Assembly (NCBI RefSeq): GCF_006345805.1
Contig: NC_043005.1
Span: forward strand, 80,786,001 to 80,850,000
Direction of reading: 5' to 3'
Length of the DNA: 64,000 nt
Origin: Octopus sinensis
Taxonomy: Eukaryota
Positions 51,912 through 64,000 of the stretch are shown here, piece by piece; position 1 is the stretch's first letter, and each line of letters opens with the position of its first letter. The translations under genes and the position numbers were made by a program. A model generated the notes under the pieces. The model made no database searches and had not been told where the DNA came from. It saw only the letters and a program-made list of their open reading frames with translations.

Positions 51912-54900
51912 ATGGCTTCGCTTAACCTTGGTTGTTTAAATGTGCGTGGTCTGAGTTCGAAGTGGAAGCAGGCTTGTTTCCTCGACGACCTCAGATCACA
52001 TAATATAAATGTGATGGTTGCTACAGAGACCAAGCTGGACAGCCTACAAACCTTCTCGCCTCTCCTGAATGGCTACGAGAAAATCATGTCTCCTGGCCAG
52101 ACCGGAGGGCGAGGGGGCGTAGTGGTACTGATCCGTAAAGACTTGGCTCTACAGACAAGTACAGTCTATGTAGACCCAGAAGGTGGGCTGGTCGTCCTTG
52201 ATGTGACATACAGCAGTAAGGCCTTCAGGTTGATCGGACTCTATGCACCTTGTGCTAGAGGCTTCCAAACTGATTTTTATCGGCGCCTAGAGGGCTTTCT
52301 CGTGACGTCGAAGACTTTAGTGATATTAGGGGACTTTAATGCTATCGTTGACGTACACATCGATAGCGTTGGCTCGATCTATAGGAAAGTGAACTCACGT
52401 CTCGTGGATCTGCTTAAGCGGTTTCAGCTAGCAGATCGTTACAGACTTGACCATCCGAACGTCCCAGAGTGGACCTGGATGAGTGGCGACGGAAGGTTCA
52501 AGTCTTACCTAGACAGGATAGTGATAAGAACTAGAGATAAGTCTAGTTTTAGTTGCCCACAGCTCGTCCAGGTGCCCTATACTGACCATAGAATGGTCAC
52601 GTGTAGACTGGACATAGATAGCACACTTAAGATAGGAACCGGCTACTGGAAGCTGAACAAGTCTATTTTGACACGCGATGCATACCGTAGCCGGATTAAG
52701 GTGTTAGTGCAGAGGGCGTTAACCGGAGCCGTGGTTAATAACCGGTGGTGGTTCACCCTCAAAAGAGCCATTCGATTCGAGTCCATTAGATTTAGTAAAC
52801 AACTAAGACTAGATAGGGCTAGAATAGAAGGGCAACTAGTTAAGAACTTAGAGGAGGCGTTGAGGTTGGGCTCTGCATCTCACATGTTAGCAGCGAGAAC
52901 GGCATTAGACCGTCACCTCAAAACCAAACATGAGGGATGTAGAGTCGGGCTAAAGTACGAGCATTGGGCCGTGAGGGAATTAATGTTGCCGGATGGGCCC
53001 GTACGATAGAAACACAGCGTGGAAACGATGCCACAATTGGGTCTCTTGTTGATGAAAACGGATGCACGATCAAGAAGCGGGACGAGATGTGTGAGGCACT
53101 TCACAAGCACTTCGCCGAGTTGTTCGGGAGGTGCGGGACGCTGGATCATGGTGAGGCCCTTAGGGACTTCCTGTCTGGTGGCCCGCCCCTCTCGACACGA
53201 GAGGCTGAGTGCTGTGAAGGGCCAATCACAGCCGAGGAAGTAATCGAGGTGTTGGGCAAGTGCCCCGGGGAGAAGTCGCCGGGTCTCGATGGTCTGCCCT
53301 ATGAATTTTATAGAAGTATGCCAGACTTGTTCGGGCACCTGCTGGCTAGCGTCTACGCCAACTGGCAGCAGAATGGGAGAATTCCCAAGTCTGCGAGCCG
53401 GGGGGCGGTGACGTTGATCAGGAAGGACCCGAACAAGGGGGACGAGATAGGGAACTTCAGGCCCATAACTCTGTTAAACACAGAGTTAAAGATTCTGGCC
53501 AAGGTGCTAGCAAAAAGGTTGGCGCGGGTCGTGGACAAACTTGTCGGGGAAGCGCAAACGTGCGCTATCCCCGGCAGAACGATCCACGACAATCTCCACC
53601 TTATACGCTACTCCTTAGAGAGGGTGGGGAAGCTTTCTGGCGCAGGGGGAGCACTGGTACATTTAGACCAGTCCAAAGCATTTGATAGGGTCGACCATCG
53701 GTACCTGGCGGCGGTCCTCGGAGAGGCTGGCCTAGGCCCGACCTTTCGAGGCTGGATCGCTGCTTTGTATAGCGACATCGAGTCTGTAGTCAAGGTGAAC
53801 GGTTCCTTTTCGAAGCCGTTCAGGATCGAGCGTTCAGTTCGTCAAGGGTGTCCCCTGTCCTCGCTCCTATACGTATTGGCTCTTGAGCCTTTGCTGCGGA
53901 AGTTGGAGGCACTAGGGGGCGCGCCGCATGATCTATGGTGTGGAAGAGGAGCTACGGCGTATGCGGATGACACCTCCATCATCGTGGCAGACGAAGGCCA
54001 GCTTCCAGTGGTGGAAGAGGCCATCAAAAGCTACGAGGCGGTGGCAGGAGCAAAGGTTAACAAGGACAAGTCGGTCGGTTTGCAACTCGGCACCTGGAGG
54101 GGCAAGCCGATGCCGTCCAATAACGTCGTAGGGCGTTGGACGGAAGGTCCTGTTAAGCTGCTCGGAGTCTGGTTCGGGCCAGACCTCCAGATTGAGAAAA
54201 ATTGGATTGAGGTGGCCAACAAGGTGACCGCTCTAACCCAGACCTGGTCTGGGCGGGCGTTATCCCTGCTAGGGAAGGCGGAGGTGGTGCAGATGTTTAT
54301 AGCATCAGTAATCACCTACCGTCTGACCGTGGTGCCTTGCCCCGATTTGTGACTGAACAAGTTGGAGAGAATCCTTTTCCAATTTTTGTGGAAAGGAGGA
54401 AAGCCACTTGTAAAGCGCTCTGTCTGCTGCCAGAAACCGCTAAAGGGTGGGCTAGGGATGACTTGGCTGAGGATGCGAAAACTCGCGTTAAGGTTGAGGC
54501 ACCTCTGGCTTTACCTGGATGGAGAGCAGGTGTGGTCACCGCACGTCCGGTTCTACCTTCCCCAGTTAACATCCCTAACGGACATCGGTGCATGGATCAA
54601 GCGGAGACATAAACTGAGTGAATGGCATTTGGAGTGCCGTCAGGCGCTCCAGCTACTATCTCGGGTGGGCAACGCCGGCAACAGGAGTTCCACCACGGAT
54701 TTCTATAGCGGGTTAGTGGAGATTAAGTCCGAAGACGCCTTGGGGAAGACCCTGGGCTACGATGAAAATCAGTTGGTCAACCTGTTCCGGAGGACGTTCG
54801 GCGGGCCGGGTATCTGGATAATTACCAGAAATCCCTGGCCTGGCAGTGTTTCCGTGCGGCTTTACCTGTTCGCGACAGCTGTCAAGGCACGGTAGTGCCG

Positions 54901-55312
54901 TCTCGCCGACATGCCCGCGATGTGAGCAGGATAGGGGGACCGTCTTGCACGCATTCGTGGAGTGTCCGGAGTTATCGGGACTGATAGCTTTTGTTGAACA
55001 ACTGTTGTCAGTGATGGGAAGAGTACAGCTATCAGCTGAGTCTATCATCGAGATTGTGCCCCCCCTTCCTTAACAGGGAAAGAAAGGCTTGTTTTTTCTG
55101 TGTAGTAGCCATACTGAAAGAAACAGTATGGAAGACGGGTACGAAAGGTATAGTGACAGGCACCTTTGTCTCCGGCCAGGGGTTGATTAACTTTTTTAGT
55201 TACCACCATTAGTAGCAAAATCAGGCTGGAGAAGAGGTGTCTGTCACGAGATATGTTTGTGAAAAGATGGAAGCCTGTGGCATACAAGATGGGTATGTTT
55301 GGCACCAGGTAA
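51912..55312 (+). pseudogene. Element B ORF2: APE endonuclease + reverse transcriptase + C-terminal Cys motif, disrupted
   Basis: MASLNLGCLNVRGL...ATETK...GDFNA...YLDR..TDH (APE); QGCPLS and YADD (RT); CPRCEQDRGTVLHAFVECP. Frameshift near 52955, TGA at 54350-54352, further shifts after 54800. Confidence 0.9.
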
Positions 55313-55683
55313 GTGTGACCGGATCAGAAAGTAAAGGTTCTACCCGGATGGCTGGGTGTCCGTCCTTCGACATGATCATTAATATTTTTAAACATTGCCT
55401 TCGTAAAATTCATTGTTTATAATCTTATCCGTAATTTCATTCGAAAATTGTAACTGTGTTAAGCTACTTCACCCTTTATATTTGTCTGTCCTTGTTTGTC
55501 CCCTCTTTGTAAATGCCTAAATGGCAAATTATATGAAATAAAGTAGCTTGCTAACCAACCACATGGTTCCGGGTTCAGTCCCATTGCGTGGCATCTTGGG
55601 CAAGTGTCTTCTGCTATAGCCCCGGGCCGACCAATGCCTTGTGAGTGGATTTGGTAGACGGAAACTGAAAGAAGCCTGTCGTA

Positions 55684-55722
<39 letters not shown>

Positions 55723-55727
<5 letters not shown>

Positions 55728-57031
55728 ACAATTGAGGGTAAAATTAATTAATTATTAATCAATTTCACCAAGTATTCAGTATGTAAAGGGACCATTTTAG
55801 GCGAATTCAAAATATTAAATTTATATAAGGGCTTAGTAAAATAAATTACTTTCCACATACTGAACTCATTAGAAATAGCAGCTAAAGAAATTTCTTCAGC
55901 TATTTCTAATACTTAAAGAAGATCTCTCTCAGATAGTGCTTGCCTAAACCAACTCACAAAGGTATGGGGGAAAAAACATTAAAAATCAAGTGCAAAGGTT
56001 ATTTGAGAACGTACGTTTCTAGATTAGTCAATTCGACATTTCTTTCGTCAGCTCAGAATTCCTTGAATCGTATTTGGGACACTGAAAGTTGGGAGCATAC
56101 CCTTTCGGCTTCTTATCACCTCTAGAAATTCTGCTCGAACTAAAAGTGCTATCAATCCGAATATGCAAGCGAAGAATTTCTGCTCTGCTCTCCCCTTTCC
56201 ACCAGCGTGGGTTAAAATTGACAAACACCATGTATTAACGGTGAAAACCGCAGCATTTAACAGAGAGAGATGAATTATAATTTCAACAATGAGGGTAAAA
56301 TTAATTAATTATTAATCAATTTCACCAAGTATTCAGTATGTAAAGGGACCATTTTAGGCGAATTCAAAATATTACATTATATATAAGGGCTTAGTAAAAT
56401 AAATTACTTTGCCACATACTGAACTCATTAGAAATAGCAGCTAAAGAAATTTCTTTAGCTATTTCTTATACTTAAAGATCTCTCTCAGATAGTGCTTGCC
56501 TAAACCAACTCACAAAGGTGAAATTGATTAATAATTAATTAATTTTACCCTCAATTGTTGAAATTATAATTCATCTCTCTCTGTTAAATGCTGCGGTTTT
56601 CACCGTTAATACATGGTGTTTGTCAATTTTAACCCACGCTGGTGGAAAGGGGAGAGCAGAAATTCTTCGCTTGCATATTCGGATTTGATAGCACTTTTAG
56701 TTCGAGCAGAATTTCTAGAGGTGATAAGAAGCCGAAAGGGTATGCTCCCAACTTTCAGTGTTCCCAAATACGATTCAAGGAATTCTGAGCTGACGAAAGA
56801 AATGTCGAATTGACTAATCTAGAAACGTACGTTCTCAAATAACCTTTGCACTTGATTTTTTAATGTTTTTTCCCCCATACCTTTGTGAGTTGGTTTAGGC
56901 AAGCACTATCTGAGAGAGATCTTCTTTAAGTATTAGAAATAGCTGAAGAAATTTCTTTAGCTGCTATTTCTAATGAGTTCAGTATGTGGCAAAGTAATTT
57001 ATTTTACTAAGCCCTTATATATAATTTAATA

Positions 57032-57032
<1 letters not shown>
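55723..57032. mobile_element. 558-bp unit in 1.4 tandem copies followed by an inverted copy (Penelope pseudo-LTR-like arrangement)
   Basis: TTTCAACAAT at 55723 and 56281. 56518-57032 is the reverse complement of about 55811-56326. Inserted in the SINE's internal (TA)n. Confidence 0.6.
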
Positions 57033-57071
<39 letters not shown>

Positions 57072-58274
57072 AGTGTGTGTGTGTGTGTGTGTGTTTGTGT
57101 GTCTGTGTTTTTCCCCCCCAACATCGCTTGACAACCGATGCTGGTGTGTTTACGTTCCCGTCACTTTGCGGTTCGGCAAAAGAGACCGATAGAATAAGTA
57201 CCGGGCTTACAAAGAATAAGTCCCGGGTTCGATTTGCTCGACTAAAGGCGGTGCTCTCGTATGGCCGCAGTCAAATGACTGAAACAAGTAAAAGAGAGTA
57301 ACTGTTATATGTGATAATTGTTTTCGGTATTTTATATATTTGTCTCCTTCGACATTAATCTTCTATAAGAGTGATGCAGTCTCCGTTAGTTTGCCATTTC
57401 TATCTACCAAGCCCAAGAGGTAAATATGCAGCAATAAGTTATGCAAAACAAAGTGTGTTGTAACAATATACCTCTTCTTGAACATCACCTAATTACATAC
57501 CGCTGCACCGATGGATGCACCTCAACCAGTTGTACAGTATGCCACCCGCGAGGGATCGGTGCTACATGGGTCGAAACGACTGTAGTCGTCAATAGATATT
57601 TGCGGATATTCCATATTCCGTCTCTCTCATTATATATAAAAACACATACAAACATACACATACATACAATATATATTGCAGATAAGGGTACAGAACGTCA
57701 CCGACTGTAAAGAACATGAAATACGAAAGCAAGCGAGTTAAATACGCAAACAACAAGAGAAAAAAATTGAAAACTGGACAAATAACACGAAGAATGACCC
57801 TTCATCAGTTGTCAGCTGTCTATCTACTCCTCATTTCGAGCAATCAACGACAATATGAGTCTTCGAAGGCAGTTGCTCCCATAACTTCCAAAATAAATTC
57901 TGGATTTTAAGGAGGGTCTAATTTGGGAACAAATGTAGTACAGTGGAAACATACAAGGGCACCGAACGAAAACAAAACATGGAGGGTCGTTAGACCAGAA
58001 CGAGGGGAAAGATAGTGAACGCTGGAAAGAATAATTTCCTGGAAAAGTGGAAGGATAGAAGATATATATATATAAATACATAACGTTAGTAATTAATTAA
58101 GCATATGATATTTTTGGCCTGTAGGGTAGCCTGCGTTATATACCTCGCTTGGATATTTACCACTTCCGAAGTTCCGCTCGCTATGATATATATGTAGCCC
58201 AGATATTATCAGCTCTATTCCTTAACTCCTGTATATATATATATAATATATATATTATATATATATATATATAT

Positions 58275-58676
58275 ATACTCTTTACTCTTTACTCTTTTAC
58301 TTGTTTCAATCATTTGACTGTGACCATGCTGGAGCACCGCCTTTAGTCGAGCAAATCGACCCCGAGACTTATTCTTTGTAAGCCTAGTACTTATTCTATC
58401 AGTCTCTTTTGCCGCTAAGTTACAGGGACATGAACACACCAGTATCGGTTGTCAAGCGATTTTGGGGGGACAAACACAAAACACATACACATATATATAT
58501 ATATATACATATACACGACAGGCTTGTTTCAGTTTCCGTCTACCAAATCCACTCACAAGGCTTTGGTCAGCCCGAGGCTATAGTAGAAGACACTTGCCCA
58601 AAGTGCCACGCAGTGGGACTGAACCCGGAACCATGTGGTTGGTAAGCAAGCTACTTACCACACAGCCACTCCTGCG

Positions 58677-58679
<3 letters not shown>
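58275..58679 (-). mobile_element. Intact young S3 SINE (empty Tx1 target site)
   Basis: Reverse strand GGCGCAGGAGTGGCTGTGTGGT-AAGTAGCTTGCTTAC-CAACCACATGGTTCCGGGTTCAG; the site is at 58642-58656. Confidence 0.85.
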
Positions 58680-58719
<40 letters not shown>

Positions 58720-59024
58720 TTTCATTTTATTACTTGTTCCAGTTATTTGACTGCGGCCATGCTGAAGCAGAGCCTTAAAGGCTTTTAGTCGAAGAAATCG
58801 ACCCCATGATATATTCTTTGTAAGCAGAGTACTTATCCTATCAGTCTCTTTTGTACTTTTGTATGTGTATATAGTAACGTTTCACTTAGTCGTAACGATA
58901 CTGAGAACCGCCACGTATGAAGTTTCGTGGGAAGTATAAGGTGATACACAAGCACTGCATCTTTTAGCAGTAAGCTAATGAAGTTCTTTGTATAATCTCT
59001 TGTTCCTTTGTCATATATTTAATT

Positions 59025-60130
<1,106 letters not shown>

Positions 60131-61419
60131 CACATATATATCTATTTATATTTACTTATATATGTGTGCATGGGTGTGTATAGATAAAAATTTACACAGG
60201 CATGCATATATATGTGTGTGTATATTATTTAATAATTCGATATATCTTCATTTGTCTTTGTCGCTGAAACATGTGCTAATCGATGCTCTTATAAATTTCT
60301 CTCAGGTAATATTTGTTTCCAGTTATCAAATTACCTAGGTCATAAATGTGTTCAACTCTTTTTATGTCTAAATATCTTGACTGCAAGTGTTAAGTTATGG
60401 CAAATGCTGTTCTGACGACGCTTATAGCTAAGAAACATACGTCCACACGTCCGTAATTGTATTTTCCCACAAAGCTATGTAAACTTTACAGAATATATTA
60501 TCCTTGAGATAATCTCTGCTTCGTATTTGGAGCTGATTCCAATTGCCAAAAAGTGGGTGTTCTAAGTCCTCAGTCGAAGCAGAGACAGTTTCAATCAATC
60601 AAAACATTTATATTATATGGTATTTCATTTAATCCTGAAACGGCAGGAATTGGATTACATGAAAATCTGCGCCAAATGAACAAAACCAAAAAAGGTCTCT
60701 TTCACTTAAGGGTAATTTTTATAATTATTTCACTTAAAATAAATACAAAAGTTACAAAAACTGCTAATCATGGGCACAATAAAATTTACTATCCCGTTAT
60801 CGAAAAGTGCCGTAAAATATTTAGTTTCATTTCCGTCCTGCCTGAGCATAAATTCATTTGAGATTCTCACATTGTTGTTGAACGAATGTAAAAATGGAAT
60901 AAAAATCGGAACATTTCCCCCCTCCAGATATTTTTCAAGCATCACGTTGATCTGTGCAATCTAAATTGTTGCCGACATCATCTGATAATAAAAGAAAAGC
61001 AGGAAAAAGAATACTTCTTTGTCATTGTGTAAATTTTCCATTTGCGACTCCATTTTTCCTATCGATAAAGGCCGCTTACGCTTACGCACATTTGACGAAG
61101 TAGACGCTAGTGTATCAATTGAAGATGGCCATATCTATGCAGAATATTTGAAATATCAATCGATGATATCTGCTGATTAAGGGATAATTAAAGTATTTTT
61201 GTCTTGTTGAACTACATTCGCCACTAGCTACTGAATGATTTCTTGTAGCACAATTTCGTGTCATACATGCACTACGCATACATAAAGGTTTATGTGTGGG
61301 TACCTCTTTCTACGTTAAAGAGGTACGTGAAAACCAATTTTGTTTTGTTTGGAACCTGTAAGTAGATTGAACTGCCGTTTCGATTGTGTGTGTAACTGAG
61401 ACGTGTATTTCTTGTTATG

Positions 61420-62677
61420 CATGTTTCACACTGAATTTACTGGTGCACAGATACATTTTGCATACACATCAACTTTGCACACCGAGTAGTAGGTCCAGCT
61501 GATGGAAATAACTGCGAGCCAATACGCCCATGCTCCGGAAGAGATGAATATATTTATAACACAGGTAATTTATTTGCTGAATGGAAACGAAGATTACCTG
61601 AGAGAGTTATATTACTTTCGTCTACAAAGTTTGTAAGGAGTTAGAGACTGAAGATGGAAACGTATCACTAGTATCAAAGCATAAAAAGCATTCTAAAGAC
61701 TTTGAAATCATCGGAAACCCTGAATTTATCCAACAAGTTCAACAGGCCATTGATCACAATTCTAGAAAGTCCATGAAGTCAATTGCAAAAGATTTCCATG
61801 TGTCAGAAGGAACAGTCAGAAATGTTGTCCACGAAGACTTCAGATATATGTTATATGATGAGGGAAGGTCAATTTGTCACAAAAAGCAAAAGAAAGTCAG
61901 TACATCAGATCTAAAAGGCTTTTAAACAAACTGAAAAATCCAACAGAAGAATATTTGATTTGGATTTTCTCAAATGAGAGAAACTTCACCAAGATCAAAA
62001 AGTTAGCAGAAGAAATGATACATGTTTATGTACAGACCCATCTAAAGTTCCAAGTGTTATTTATGCATATAAAATTTCCGGAAAATGTGATGGTTTTAGG
62101 GGTTGTCAGCAAAGAGGGACTTGTGATGCCTCCTTACTTCTTTCTACAAGGCCTTAGAGTCAAATCTGTCGCCTCCATTGAAGTCCTGGAAATAATTGTT
62201 AAGCCTTTGGATTGACAGTAATGCAATGGAAGACCACATGCATTTCAGTAAGACGCTGCACTATCACACGTGGCTCTAATAACATAGAAATGGATGGCTG
62301 AAAATTTTCATGATCACATAACCCCTAACATTTGGCCTCCTAATTCCCCAGTCAATCCATTGGACTATTACATGTGGAGCATTGTTGAAAGAGAGGTCAA
62401 TGAACACAGCCATGACACCAAAGATTCTTTGAAAGCTGCTATAGTCAGAGTAATGTCCAAAATGAACCAGGACCACTTGATTCGAGCATGTAGATGATTT
62501 AGATATCATAGAGATGCAGTTTTTGAAACTGAAGATGGCTTTATTGAATAGCATTATAGAAAAAAAAGGTTTATTTTTATTCTCTTAACATTTTTTTATA
62601 TATACAGTTATTATGTGTTATATAACTGTTTTTTTTACATAAACATAAATCTGTCCTCAAATATCTTACGTACCCTG
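61420..62677 (+). mobile_element. maT/DD37D-like Tc1-mariner transposase relic with right TIR
   Basis: WIFSNERNF, VMVLGVVSKEGLVMPPYFF, FQ*DAA.SH, WPPNSPVNPLDYYMWSIVEREVN. Right end ...TACCCTG|TA; left end not found. Confidence 0.8.
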
Positions 62678-62977
62678 TATACAAACCTGCACACTCACAC
62701 ACACACAAACACACACACATATATATATGTACATACATATGTGTATATATACACACACATACATATATATGTGTGTGTTTCTTTTTGTGTGTGTGTGTGT
62801 GTGTGCGTGCGTGTGTATGTATGTATTCACACACGTAGCACTACATCAAATTAGTCTACGTTTAGTGGGCAAAAGTAATTTTCACCTCCTCACAAATTCA
62901 AAGCGCTTTTCTTCACTTCTCAGCTTATATATTGCTTGCCATTCTGAACATCTAATGAAGGATTACGAAATCTAATG

Positions 62978-63039
<62 letters not shown>

Positions 63040-63784
63040 ACGTAAATATACACACACACACCACACACACACCTATATATATATAATATATATATACACA
63101 TACACTTACGCAACACACTCACACACACACCACACATTTAAAATCCGGCTTACTGCCATTCTAAGGAATTTAATCCTTAGTATTAATAATGTATAGATAC
63201 TCATTATCTTCAGATGAGTTTGCTTCCATCATTGGTTTTTATTATGAATCATTTCTACTTAACGATGTCTTCAGAGATAAAACGCAATCTACAATTCACT
63301 TGGTTGTCCCGAAGCCTAAAATATCCTGTGTCTTTAATCAGCTTTTAGTTTAAAGATACACTGCAGGAGACTTGGGAAATTTAATCGCCTTCCGTTTATA
63401 AGATGTTCAATAGAAATCTAGTAAGAATGTCATTGTAAAAAATTTGCAAACTCAATAATTTATATCCCGGGTGATTTTCCAATAACAGTATTTCTTATCT
63501 ACCTGAATGTAATTTGGACGGCCAATAAAATTACCATTTTCCCGGTAATTGTCTTTTAAAAATCACTAATACCTTTCTCTACGTGTCATTCAGGTAATAA
63601 GAGTATTCACAGAATTAGTATGTGAATGTACAAAGCAGACATAAAAATTTGTCAAAATTAACTGTTAGTATTAATAGACTAGAAAAAAAAGATCTCGTGA
63701 ATTGCTTTAATCGGTTTCCGACCCTTATTGGGGTTTTAATCAGCTGTGTCTACATCCCCAGGTCAATTATATTAGAAAACACGT

Positions 63785-64000
63785 AAGACGGCGAGCTGGC
63801 AGAAACGTTAGCACGCCGGGCGAAATGCTTAGCAGAAATTCATCTGCCGCTACATTCTGAGTTCAAATTACGCCGAGGTCCACTTTGCCCAGTTACGTAC
63901 TGGGGTCGATGTAATCGACTTAATCCCTTTGTCTGTCCTTGTTTGTCCCCTCTGTGTTTAGCCCCTTGTGGGTAGTAAAGAAATAGGTATTTTGCCTGCC
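63785..64000 (+). mobile_element. S5 SINE with type-A tail followed by the start of another unit
   Basis: ...GTAAAGAAATA|GGTATTTTGCCTGCC at 63985/63986. Confidence 0.8.

Larger units (their letters stand above)
50124..55540 (+). mobile_element. Tx1/L1-clade LINE, full length but degenerate, element B
   Basis: ORF1 with zinc knuckle and APE-RT ORF2. Flanked by the target duplication at 50109-50124 and 55541-55556. Confidence 0.9.
48102..57300 (+). mobile_element. Single S3 SINE copy split by nested insertions (head 48102-48138, 55541-55682; body 57090-57300)
   Basis: Joining the pieces reproduces the intact S3 layout seen at 58275-58679 (reverse). Confidence 0.85.

Noticed and set aside
48124-55555. 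Three direct repeats separated by unique DNA read as a CRISPR-like array
   Set aside because: Spacers are kilobase retroelements, the repeats are target-site duplications, there are no cas genes, and the context is eukaryotic.
57795-57815. Reverse-strand CTGATGAAGGG as a hammerhead
   Set aside because: No nearby GAAA or closing stem in this copy.

Overview
AT-rich, microsatellite-saturated animal DNA. The SINE families and simple-repeat density point to a coleoid cephalopod, most likely Octopus (inference from repeat content). No host protein-coding gene can be called with confidence: most listed ORFs are microsatellite translations, and only a few weak candidate exons were seen. The window is dominated by transposable elements: (i) two R4/Dong-type RT + restriction-like-endonuclease LINEs in (TAA)n arrays (17.8-26.1 kb), (ii) several Tc1/mariner relics, (iii) Penelope-like relics including hammerhead-like motifs and inverted-repeat junctions, and (iv) at least four tRNA-derived SINE families. 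The most striking structure is at 48.1-57.3 kb. One SINE copy has been invaded at the same 15-bp site in its tRNA-like head by two Tx1/L1-like elements in tandem, and the target AAGTAGCTTGCTAAC occurs three times (48124, 50109, 55541). One invader is a full-length but degenerate ORF1+APE-RT element; the other encodes ORF1 only. Both end in the same small 3' hairpin. A second SINE family in the window carries 29/30 nt of the same LINE 3' UTR as its tail and repeatedly sits at one fixed position in the head of other copies of its own family. Together these suggest a three-member, SINE-head-targeting retroelement system (autonomous Tx1, ORF1-only helper-dependent element, Tx1-tailed SINE). Novelty has not been checked against any database.
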